Assembly: GCA_048938025.1 (NCBI GenBank)
Contig: JBHLMP010000055.1
Coordinates: 1-10,820, forward strand
DNA from: Promethearchaeota archaeon
GTDB taxonomy: Archaea > Asgardarchaeota > Lokiarchaeia > Sigyniarchaeales > SOKP01
Length of the DNA: 10,820 nucleotides
Direction of reading: 5' to 3'
Shown here: positions 1-7,605 of the stretch, piece by piece
Layout: every line of letters begins with the position of its first letter
Numbering within the stretch: the first letter of the stretch is position 1
Notes under the pieces: generated by a model
What the model saw: only the letters and a program-made list of their open reading frames with translations
Database searches by the model: none
What the model was told of the DNA's origin: nothing
Translations under genes and position numbers: made by a program

Positions 1-1
1 T

Positions 2-181
2 TACGAAGAACATGGATTCTATGATACATTTCCACAAAATGATGAAATGGCAAAAAAAATGAATGAACAACTTATACCAGTAATTGAAAATAATGAAAAA
101 TTTAGAAAGAAATTTTATTCTATGTTTAAGGAAGCAATCGTTAATCCATTAAAAAGTATTGTAGCTAATCCTGATAAGTAA
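2..181 (+). CDS. 3' end of a CDS truncated by the window edge; unknown protein (...YEEHGFYDTFPQNDEMAKKMNEQLIPVIENNEKFRKKFYSMFKEAIVNPLKSIVANPDK*)
   Basis: Open frame from base 2 to TAA at 179-181 with protein-like composition, converging on the next gene. Not in the ORF track because it is 5'-partial. Confidence 0.75.
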   Translation, partial: YEEHGFYDTFPQNDEMAKKMNEQLIPVIENNEKFRKKFYSMFKEAIVNPLKSIVANPDK

Positions 182-195
182 ATTGATGATATAAC

Positions 196-209
196 AAAAA
201 ATAAAAAAA
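196..209 (-). terminator. Probable archaeal oligo-T terminator for 237..1211
   Basis: TTTTTTTATTTTTT on the minus strand, about 27 nt past the stop codon, in a convergent intergenic gap. Confidence 0.5.
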
Positions 210-224
210 TTCTTTTATATTATA

Positions 225-245
225 TTTAGACTAGGTTTAGACTAG
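225..245. repeat. 10-bp direct repeat TTTAGACTAG (225-234 and 236-245) spanning the stop codon of 237..1211
   Basis: Read directly: tttagactag-g-tttagactag. Confidence 0.6.
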
Positions 246-1211
246 ATGAACCCATGGGACTTCAATTGAAATATTTAAATTGATAAAAATTCCTGCATAG
301 AGTGCTATGAATGAAATTCGAAAGCTTAGAGTCGCATCATTCGTAGCTAATGCTGCTGTATAGGTAGGATCAATAAGGACTGTGAGATTTCTGTCTTTCG
401 TTGTAGAAAAAGAGCTAAATTCAAAATAATGCACCCCTGTGAGTTCACCTATTTTTGTATTATCAGGAAGGTCATATGGTAACGTATGAGACGTAGTTAC
501 AGTATAAACGTCAACATCAAGATTAACATCATGAATGGCATAAATTCCCTTATTTTGTACATCAAAAGTCATTGTGATATTAATTGTATCATCAGTAGGA
601 TCTACTGGTGACCCTCCATCATAATGACCAATATCAAAAGTGTCATGGAGATCAACTGATATGTTTGCACCGCTTACAATAATACTTACTATAAAGAGAG
701 CAAACCCGATATTAGCTATAGTTCCCAAACCACGGAAGAAAGTACTTGCTTTAAATTGACGTTTAATAGTAACATGATATTCCTTTTTCCTACTTAATTC
801 TATAGTTCTGATAATATGTTCTAAAGCTTTAATCCCAGCAGCTGCTAATAGTAACCATGCGATTAATTGTAATCCTAGAAGTACTTGGATATTTTGTACT
901 TCGATACGATATTCCCCAAAAGTTTTACCTACCGTAAAACCACCAAAAATGTAAAAGAGATAAATACCAGAAAAAATTGAATCAATGATACCGATAACAC
1001 TATTCGCTACTGTGTCTTTAGGAAATGTGTGTTTTAAAACTGCAAGAACAGTACCTATAGCTCCAATAACTATAAGAAAAATAATGAAACTTGAGCTAAA
1101 CTGCATAATTCCAATATCAGAAAGTACATTAATAAGAATAATAGGAAGAACTAAGTAGAATACTGCTTTTAGTGTCCCATATATTATCATTTCTTTGATT
1201 TGAATTTTCAT
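237..1211 (-). CDS. Membrane protein: about 5 TM helices (aa ~10-181) plus a C-terminal extracellular beta-sandwich domain (LEA_2/WHy-like)
   Basis: 324-aa ORF. Hydrophobic stretches at aa ~10-33, 41-60, 72-92, 109-128 and 161-181. The C-terminal alternating beta pattern INITMTFDVQNKGIYAIHDVNLDVDVY...KIGE resembles LEA_2. Four N-x-S/T sequons lie after the last TM. Confidence 0.8.
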   Translation of the reverse strand: MKIQIKEMIIYGTLKAVFYLVLPIILINVLSDIGIMQFSSSFIIFLIVIGAIGTVLAVLKHTFPKDTVANSVIGIIDSIFSGIYLFYIFGGFTVGKTFGEYRIEVQNIQVLLGLQLIAWLLLAAAGIKALEHIIRTIELSRKKEYHVTIKRQFKASTFFRGLGTIANIGFALFIVSIIVSGANISVDLHDTFDIGHYDGGSPVDPTDDTINITMTFDVQNKGIYAIHDVNLDVDVYTVTTSHTLPYDLPDNTKIGELTGVHYFEFSSFSTTKDRNLTVLIDPTYTAALATNDATLSFRISFIALYAGIFINLNISIEVPWVHLV

Positions 1212-1412
1212 TTACTCAAACCTTCATTTTTTAATTAGATTAGCTTCTTAATTGATGTTTTGTAATAATAATTACATAGTGGAACTTATCATTAATAAAT
1301 AGATCTATTAAAAATATGGAAATTTTTCCCCTAAATTTTTACTCTAATTAAATTTTTTAGCTTAACATTCTTTATTATTTTTACAAAATACATAAAAGAT
1401 TTGTTATAATTC

Positions 1413-2147
1413 ATGGAATCAATGAATAATCTTTTTGAAAAAGCTATTAAATCGAAAAATTCAGAAGAAATTAATGAATTTCTAATTGAATTAAGTAAAG
1501 ATCCAGAAAAAGAATATCTTACATTTTTAAACTATTTCATTGATAATATTAACCTCCCAATTTTTGAAAAAATTAGGATAAATTTAATTTTTGCATTGGG
1601 CAAAATTGGAGAAAAATTCCAATTGGATGAGAAATATCTAAAATTCTTAGAAGAAATATATTATAAATCTGATAGGTGGGTAAGGAATGAAATAATTCAG
1701 GCAATAGAGAAAATTTCAAGAAAATCAGAATTGCCAAGTTATCACCTACAATTGATAAGATTTTCATTAACAGATGATTATGAACCAGTTGTTATTAATT
1801 CTTTAAAGATTTTACTTGGGTTACAAAATCTTCCTAATTTTATTTTGAAAAATGTCATACAAATTTTAAAATCTAAAAACTCTGAAATTATTCAAGAATG
1901 CTCCTTAATTTTACAAAAATTTATTCCGGATTCAAACCAATTATTTTTCTTATTAAATGATTCAGAGATGTATAAGAGTATTAAAAAGGGAACAATTCGA
2001 TCTTTACTAATAGCTTACTTTAGATCAGTTATAAACCTAGAATCCTTCAAAAAGAAGATAGAAAGCGCTGATTGGGATAAAGAATCTAAAGAGATATACA
2101 TTAAAGATATTGATACTTATGAAAGAATTTTGCTAAAAAATCTATAA
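1413..2147 (+). CDS. HEAT/ARM-like repeat protein
   Basis: 244 aa, helical pattern with HEAT-type units: IRINLIFALGKIG, DRWVRNEIIQAIEKIS, LTDDYEPVVINSLKIL, SKNSEIIQECSLIL. Confidence 0.8.
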   Translation: MESMNNLFEKAIKSKNSEEINEFLIELSKDPEKEYLTFLNYFIDNINLPIFEKIRINLIFALGKIGEKFQLDEKYLKFLEEIYYKSDRWVRNEIIQAIEKISRKSELPSYHLQLIRFSLTDDYEPVVINSLKILLGLQNLPNFILKNVIQILKSKNSEIIQECSLILQKFIPDSNQLFFLLNDSEMYKSIKKGTIRSLLIAYFRSVINLESFKKKIESADWDKESKEIYIKDIDTYERILLKNL

Positions 2148-2157
2148 TTAAATAGAT

Positions 2158-3387
2158 TTATTCATATTTTACAAGAATATCCTCTAATTTTTCATAAGAA
2201 AAGATTATTTCATCAAATATTTTTATTAAAAATTTTATTATTTCTCTCGGATTACTGTTAGACTTATTGAATATATACTTTAAAACTTTTTCATTTAAAG
2301 GATAATAAGAATCTGGATTTTCCTTAAGAAATTCAACGTAATTTATATTTTCGAGGAATTGTTCCATTGTTTTCTTAAAAAATTGGAACATATCTCGCTC
2401 ATCCAAACCTAACAGAAATAGAGGTTCTTTTATGAAAAATAAGAGTTTTCTATTCTTTTCTTCAATCATTTTTTTTATTTCTTCAAATGAATCAATCGAT
2501 TTTAGGGTGATAATTGTTCTTATCCCGTGTATCTTTTGTAAATTGAGAATTTTATCTAGTATTTTTTTAGCAGTCCTAATTTCGGGTAAGGATCGATTTT
2601 GCGTTCCATAAAGCCAACTTGGATCAAATACTTCTTCAACATCTTCTGTTTCTTCTTCAGCAGCTTTCAACATAGAGAGGATTTTTTCAAAATCATCAAT
2701 AAAAAGTACACTTCCTAATTTTGAATTCTCAATCAGAATTTTCAACATTAAGAATGAATTAGCTTCTTTCCTTAAATCGTGAGTTAAATTTAATCTCGAT
2801 AACTCTCTGACATCCATTAATTCTCCAAGAAGCCACCTTTCAGCATCTATTTTTTTATAAGGATCTAATTGATGAGCTGTAATTGCATTTATTATATCTA
2901 TTAATGCAACCTTATCATCAAAATTTGATGACCAATTTTCACATGCAGTTTTTCTTATTTTATTGATATCTGCTACATGAAAGAATCCGAATTTTCTCTC
3001 TAATGCGCCCCAATTGTTACATAATTGATTAGCGATATATCTTAATGGTTCAACTCCCAAATTTTCAATAAATTCTGAATACGTATTGTAATAAAATTTC
3101 TTATATACATTCTCTAATGAAACATATACAGTATTATGATAATATAATTTATTTTTTAGTGCCCAATATAGATGTGTCTTTCCAATTCCTACTTCTCCAA
3201 TAATAGGTAAGATAAAATTCTCGTTATTCTCAATTATATTTATTATTGATTCTAGTAAGTCCTGTCTTGATTGAACTAGACTAAGCTCTTCCTTAAACTC
3301 ACCTGTAGATACAAATTTTTTAAAAGGGGAGCCTAGAATTTTTAAGAAATACAATAATTTTTGTTTAGTATTTTCGAAAAGCAGCAT
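2158..3387 (-). CDS. P-loop NTPase (AAA+-like; resembles BrxD/DUF2791-type ATPases)
   Basis: Walker A GEVGIGKT (aa 64-71), Walker B VLFIDD (227-232), RWLLGE in the helical insert (184-189), and lid motif YPL...SNPRE (362-382). The family assignment is less certain than the CDS. Confidence 0.8.
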   Translation of the reverse strand: MLLFENTKQKLLYFLKILGSPFKKFVSTGEFKEELSLVQSRQDLLESIINIIENNENFILPIIGEVGIGKTHLYWALKNKLYYHNTVYVSLENVYKKFYYNTYSEFIENLGVEPLRYIANQLCNNWGALERKFGFFHVADINKIRKTACENWSSNFDDKVALIDIINAITAHQLDPYKKIDAERWLLGELMDVRELSRLNLTHDLRKEANSFLMLKILIENSKLGSVLFIDDFEKILSMLKAAEEETEDVEEVFDPSWLYGTQNRSLPEIRTAKKILDKILNLQKIHGIRTIITLKSIDSFEEIKKMIEEKNRKLLFFIKEPLFLLGLDERDMFQFFKKTMEQFLENINYVEFLKENPDSYYPLNEKVLKYIFNKSNSNPREIIKFLIKIFDEIIFSYEKLEDILVKYE

Positions 3388-3425
3388 CTTTGTGATTCAT
3401 AAAGATTTAAATTTTTAATTTTATA

Positions 3426-4055
3426 TTAAGAAGTCTTGAGAGACTCTATACCTAAAATTATTACGAATTCAACTACTCGGTCATCTACATTAGCTAAAGG
3501 TTCAAAACTTATATTAAGATCCTCTTTTTGATCTCGTCCTACAATTAAACAATCATAAAAGACAGGGTCGCCTTTATCATTAATTACAACTCTATCAGCA
3601 ACTAGCATCCCATTTCTAATTAAAGCAACTGGATTTTTAAGAATTTCACCTTTAAAAAAATCAAAATGATTAATTCCTTGTTTATAATCATTTAAATACA
3701 ATCCTGCAGTGTGCAAAAGAGTAATTGTAAACGGAAATGCATCAGAGAATTGTCCTTCGCTATAAAGTTCCATAATATCATTTGGTATTAAAACACAATA
3801 TTCCAAAGCAGAATTCAACAGATTTTCCCAGAAGAAATCAAATTTCCTCGAATAAGCAATCTTGTTTTCAGATATATCTTCAAATCCAACTAACAAGCCT
3901 TGAGAAATATTAATTCCTTGTGAATCTGTAATTTTAATATTATCAGAAAAGATTATTGACTCTTTGTATTTTGAAATAATTGAACCTGAGAATTCTCCAA
4001 TAATTTTAATTTCTTTTATGGAATCGTATAATACAATTTTATCTGTGTTATTCAT
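3426..4055 (-). CDS. Hypothetical protein (beta-rich, soluble)
   Basis: 209-aa ATG ORF filling the gap between genes. No recognisable motif. Confidence 0.8.
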   Translation of the reverse strand: MNNTDKIVLYDSIKEIKIIGEFSGSIISKYKESIIFSDNIKITDSQGINISQGLLVGFEDISENKIAYSRKFDFFWENLLNSALEYCVLIPNDIMELYSEGQFSDAFPFTITLLHTAGLYLNDYKQGINHFDFFKGEILKNPVALIRNGMLVADRVVINDKGDPVFYDCLIVGRDQKEDLNISFEPLANVDDRVVEFVIILGIESLKTS

Positions 4056-4191
4056 TATTAGTACTTTTATGATGATATTTTGTATACTTAATATTATGAG
4101 CTCTGAATGTTACAACATTAATCTTATATATTAAACTTTCCATATAATTTTAGGTAGATTATATTTAATTTATAAGCAAACCTTAAAAAAA
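4056..4191. promoter_or_regulatory. Divergent promoter region between the orphan gene and the RtcB-like gene
   Basis: 136-bp AT-rich spacer between head-to-head ATGs with several TATA-like boxes (TTATATA ~4124, TTATATTT ~4159, TTTATAA ~4169). The functional box cannot be resolved from sequence. Confidence 0.45.
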
Positions 4192-5436
4192 ATGGGCTCA
4201 AGTATCCTTTATCAAAACGTTTTGGAGTTATCAAAAACAGATTTATTACAAAGAGCACAAGAATTCATTTTTTCAACAGGGTTAAATGATGGAGCATCTC
4301 AATTGTGTAAAGCTAATATGAAATATGGCATAGCTCAATTTCAAATTATTCAAGAGAAATATGGATTTGAACCCAAAGCAACATTCATTTCTTCACCAGA
4401 TGAGACAATTTCAAGAAATAACTTTAGATGGAATTCAGGCTTGGGTTATGGAGGAAGATTGAACTGGGGGAGTGGCAATGATAAGTTGATATTTCTCAAT
4501 GTGAAACCTAATTGTTGTGGAATACTTGTTGGAGGTTTAGAAGAAGTTCCAGACCCATACGAGATTATCAAAAAAATAGACAAAATAAAATCCAAAGAAC
4601 TTTACCAGAATGATATCCTAATTAATTGGGATTATGGAATATCTAATCATTTTATCAATTGTTTAGAAACAAGAAATTTATCTGATATAGACCTCCCTCC
4701 TTATGTTTTTATGATTCATGGATCTAGTCCAGAATTTAGAGATGATAAATATGGGGTAGGGCTTTATGTAGATAAGTCAAAAACACTAAGAGAATATGCG
4801 GTTGAAGAAAATACCAAATTTGGAAAACAATATATAGTTTTGGATTCTGAAGCTAAAGATTATCTGAATTTCAATATGAAAGCCTTAGACTTTTCAAATA
4901 AAAAAAGAGAAATTATAGCTGATAACATTTTTGATTTTGGATATAAAACTATATGTAATCAACCACATCAATTTCTAAAAGATTACAATAATATGTATTT
5001 AGGAAGTAATTGCACTGACATAAATTGTGAAATCATAACCTCTAATATATTTCCAACAACTCTTAGGGCAGATATTGCTGCCTATCTATTTAAAGGGAAA
5101 AAAAATTTAACGGAAAAAACGCTTAGGAATGTAAATCTTTTAGATAGAGCTGGAAAATTAGAACTTTTAGACTTATTAACAAATGCTAATATACTCCCCC
5201 ATGGTGGAGGTTATCTTTTATCTGATATCGTAGAAGTTCAAGATGTACTTGAATATAAAGATCAAAGATATTTTGTTACTTCTTTAAAATCAAATATAAG
5301 TAGATTGAAAATAATTAGAAATGTTAGAGAAATACAGTTTGAGTATAGAGGGCGTGATATAGTTCTTAAAACTCTCCAACTGCACCTTGGAGAAATTATT
5401 GCCCGTTTAAATCCTTTATTCTCCTTAAAATTATAA
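4192..5436 (+). CDS. Divergent RtcB-family (3'-phosphate RNA ligase/guanylyltransferase-like) protein
   Basis: RtcB motifs in order: SPD70...GYGG, NCC109G, SN152H153F, MIH176GS, PH259Q, PH337GGG, and C-terminal EYR...IIARLNPLFSLK (cf. AYK...VARMRPIGVAKG). Confidence 0.8.
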   Translation: MGSSILYQNVLELSKTDLLQRAQEFIFSTGLNDGASQLCKANMKYGIAQFQIIQEKYGFEPKATFISSPDETISRNNFRWNSGLGYGGRLNWGSGNDKLIFLNVKPNCCGILVGGLEEVPDPYEIIKKIDKIKSKELYQNDILINWDYGISNHFINCLETRNLSDIDLPPYVFMIHGSSPEFRDDKYGVGLYVDKSKTLREYAVEENTKFGKQYIVLDSEAKDYLNFNMKALDFSNKKREIIADNIFDFGYKTICNQPHQFLKDYNNMYLGSNCTDINCEIITSNIFPTTLRADIAAYLFKGKKNLTEKTLRNVNLLDRAGKLELLDLLTNANILPHGGGYLLSDIVEVQDVLEYKDQRYFVTSLKSNISRLKIIRNVREIQFEYRGRDIVLKTLQLHLGEIIARLNPLFSLKL

Positions 5437-5444
5437 GTCTTTAT

Positions 5445-5455
5445 AAAAAAAAAAA
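5445..5455 (-). terminator. Oligo-T (T11) terminator for metG
   Basis: A11 on the plus strand, 20 nt downstream of the metG stop, in a convergent gap. Confidence 0.6.
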
Positions 5456-5475
5456 TGTTAAATATCTAAAATCTT

Positions 5476-7527
5476 TTATTCAATTTTAGCACCAGAAGGC
5501 AAATCTTTATGAGGTATTAAAATGGATACATCATCACCTTCAACTGCTGCTAGAAGCATCCCATTGCTTAAAATTCCTTTTAGTTTTCTCGGCTCTAAAT
5601 TTGTCAAAACGACAATCTTTTTGCCAATTAACTCATCGATTTTATAATGTTGTGCTAATCCAGCTACTAAAGTTCTTTTTTCAGTTCCCAAATCAACAGT
5701 GAGTTTATATAGCTTATCTGCGTTTGGAACTTTTTCAACATTCTCAACTAAGGCAACCCTTATATCTAATTTTTTAAATTCTTCATAAGAAACCACTTTT
5801 TTAACACCTTGTTTTCCTTTATTCTTTCTAATTTGAATTAGTTTTTCTATTAATTCACTTATCTCTAATTTTTGGAATATTGGTTTTGGAACTTTGATTT
5901 TATGCCCTTCATTAAGAGCGTTTTCATTTATACTATCCCATGACAATTGATCCAATTTGTCTGAAATATTTAAATAGTCTAAAATTTTTTCAGAAGTATC
6001 AGGAATGAATGGTCCTAATAATATTGCTAAGGCATAAACAGCTTGGGCACATAAATTAAAAACATGTCCAGCAGCATTTATATCTTTTTTAATTAAATGC
6101 CAAGGTGCCTTATTATTTAGATAAATATTTCCATCTCTTCCAAAATTAACAATTTCTCTTAATGCTCTTTTCAATTCAAAATTATCTAATAATTGTCCAA
6201 CTAAATTGCCTATCGATTTTAACTTATTAACAAATTCGTCATCTATATCATCAAATCTTATCCTTTTGGGAATTTTACTTTTGAATTGTTTATTTAAAAA
6301 GGTTAATATTCGATGAATAAAGTTTCCGATAACATCATTCAAAATTTTGACATTATTTTCAAATTCAGACCAAAGAAATGATGTATCACTTTTTTCAGGT
6401 CTATTATAAATCAAATTAAAACGCCAATAATCTAATGGAGCTAATTCTAGTGCTTCATCAATCCAAATTCCAACTCCTCTTGATTTTGAAAATTTATCAT
6501 TTTCATACATTAAAAATTCAGTAGACGAAACATTGTAAGGGAGGACTAGTTTCTCTTTTTCGGTTTTATCCTCATTATAAGCCATTAATAAGCCGGGAAA
6601 AACAATTAAATGAAATATTATGTTATCTTTTCCTATAAAGTATACTGTTTTTGTATTATCATCTTTCCAAAAGTAATCAAATTTAGTTGGTTGATTAATG
6701 ATTTTATCTGCCCATTCCTTTACAGCAGAAATATAACCTAAAACGGCTTCAAACCATACATATATGGTTTTATCATCAGCTCCTTTAAATGGAGCTGGAA
6801 TACCCCATTCTAAATCTCTTGTAATTGCTCTTTCGGGAAGTCCTTCTGCAATACTATTTAAACACATCTGTCTTGCATTTTGAGGGATGATCTTGTTATT
6901 TTCTATTAACTTTTTCAAACGATCTTGTAATTTTGGAAAATCCAAATACCAATGCTTTGTCTTTCGAATTTCAGGAGTATTATCACATATCACGCATCTA
7001 GGTTTTTTCAATTCAAGAGGTGTTAGCAATTTTTGGCAGTTATCACATTGATCTCCTCGTGCATCTTCAAAACCACAGTGGGGACATATTCCTTCTATAA
7101 ACCTATCCGGGAGATAAAGATTATCCTTTTCACAAAATAGCGATTCAATCTCTTTTTCTAATATATATCTATTTCTTTGAACATCAAGATAAAACTCTTG
7201 AACAAACTTAATGTGAGTAGGATTATGGGTGGTTGTATAGTTATCATATGAAATTTTCCACTCTTTAAACAAATTTTTAGTAATTTCATGATTTCTCGTA
7301 GCTAATTCTTCCACAGGTATATTTTGCTTTTTAGCTGCTACAGCAACTGGAGTTCCATGGGAATCTGAGCCTGAAACAAAAACAACTTCATCTCCTTTTA
7401 ATCTGAGATATCTAGCAAAGATATCTGCAGATAAAACGCTTCCTATCATCGTTCCTAAATGGGGAACTGCATTCACATAAGGCCATGCGGAAGTAATAAC
7501 CCATTTAGTTTTGTTACTCGTGGTCAA
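5476..7527 (-). CDS. metG: Methionyl-tRNA synthetase (archaeal/eukaryote type, two Zn knuckles) with fused C-terminal Trbp111-like tRNA-binding OB domain
   Basis: ITSAWPYVNAVPHLGT (HIGH motif), SGSDSHGTP, knuckles CEKD/CPHC/CDNC/CVIC, ITRDLEWGIP, IYVWFEAVLGY, FIGKDNIIFH, KFSKS (KMSKS motif), and C-terminal EFKKLDIRVALV...ADKLYKL...SNGMLLAA. TTG start with a strong SD. Confidence 0.98.
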   Translation of the reverse strand: MTTSNKTKWVITSAWPYVNAVPHLGTMIGSVLSADIFARYLRLKGDEVVFVSGSDSHGTPVAVAAKKQNIPVEELATRNHEITKNLFKEWKISYDNYTTTHNPTHIKFVQEFYLDVQRNRYILEKEIESLFCEKDNLYLPDRFIEGICPHCGFEDARGDQCDNCQKLLTPLELKKPRCVICDNTPEIRKTKHWYLDFPKLQDRLKKLIENNKIIPQNARQMCLNSIAEGLPERAITRDLEWGIPAPFKGADDKTIYVWFEAVLGYISAVKEWADKIINQPTKFDYFWKDDNTKTVYFIGKDNIIFHLIVFPGLLMAYNEDKTEKEKLVLPYNVSSTEFLMYENDKFSKSRGVGIWIDEALELAPLDYWRFNLIYNRPEKSDTSFLWSEFENNVKILNDVIGNFIHRILTFLNKQFKSKIPKRIRFDDIDDEFVNKLKSIGNLVGQLLDNFELKRALREIVNFGRDGNIYLNNKAPWHLIKKDINAAGHVFNLCAQAVYALAILLGPFIPDTSEKILDYLNISDKLDQLSWDSINENALNEGHKIKVPKPIFQKLEISELIEKLIQIRKNKGKQGVKKVVSYEEFKKLDIRVALVENVEKVPNADKLYKLTVDLGTEKRTLVAGLAQHYKIDELIGKKIVVLTNLEPRKLKGILSNGMLLAAVEGDDVSILIPHKDLPSGAKIE

Positions 7528-7534
7528 CTTTAAT

Positions 7535-7542
7535 TCACCTCC
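7535..7542 (-). promoter_or_regulatory. Shine-Dalgarno site GGAGGTGA of metG
   Basis: Minus strand GGGAGGTGAATTAAAG-TTG: full archaeal SD 7 nt before the TTG start. Confidence 0.85.
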
Positions 7543-7605
7543 CAGTTCTGATTAATAAAAAGAAGGATTTCTTAAATATTTTAAATAAATGAGATATTTG
7601 ATCAT

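Noticed and set aside
1573-1767. 64-aa minus-strand ORF
   Set aside because: Antisense shadow inside the HEAT-repeat gene; no motif.
1413-3387. HEAT protein plus ATPase as a BREX or other defence system
   Set aside because: The genes are convergent, and no methylase, PglZ, nuclease or effector gene is in the window.
3702-3713. HTAG resembling the archease HTAD motif, next to an RtcB-like gene
   Set aside because: The catalytic Asp is absent, the motif is mid-protein rather than N-terminal, there is no KAxTYH motif, and the protein is too long for archease.
7552-7605. 17-codon ORF (MIKYLIYLKYLRNPSFY*) directly after the vWA TGA, in frame with metG; considered as a leader peptide or Sec/readthrough fusion
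   Set aside because: It ends at TAA before metG, has no Met-rich sensing codons and no visible SECIS hairpin. Its composition is what AT-rich promoter DNA would produce by chance.
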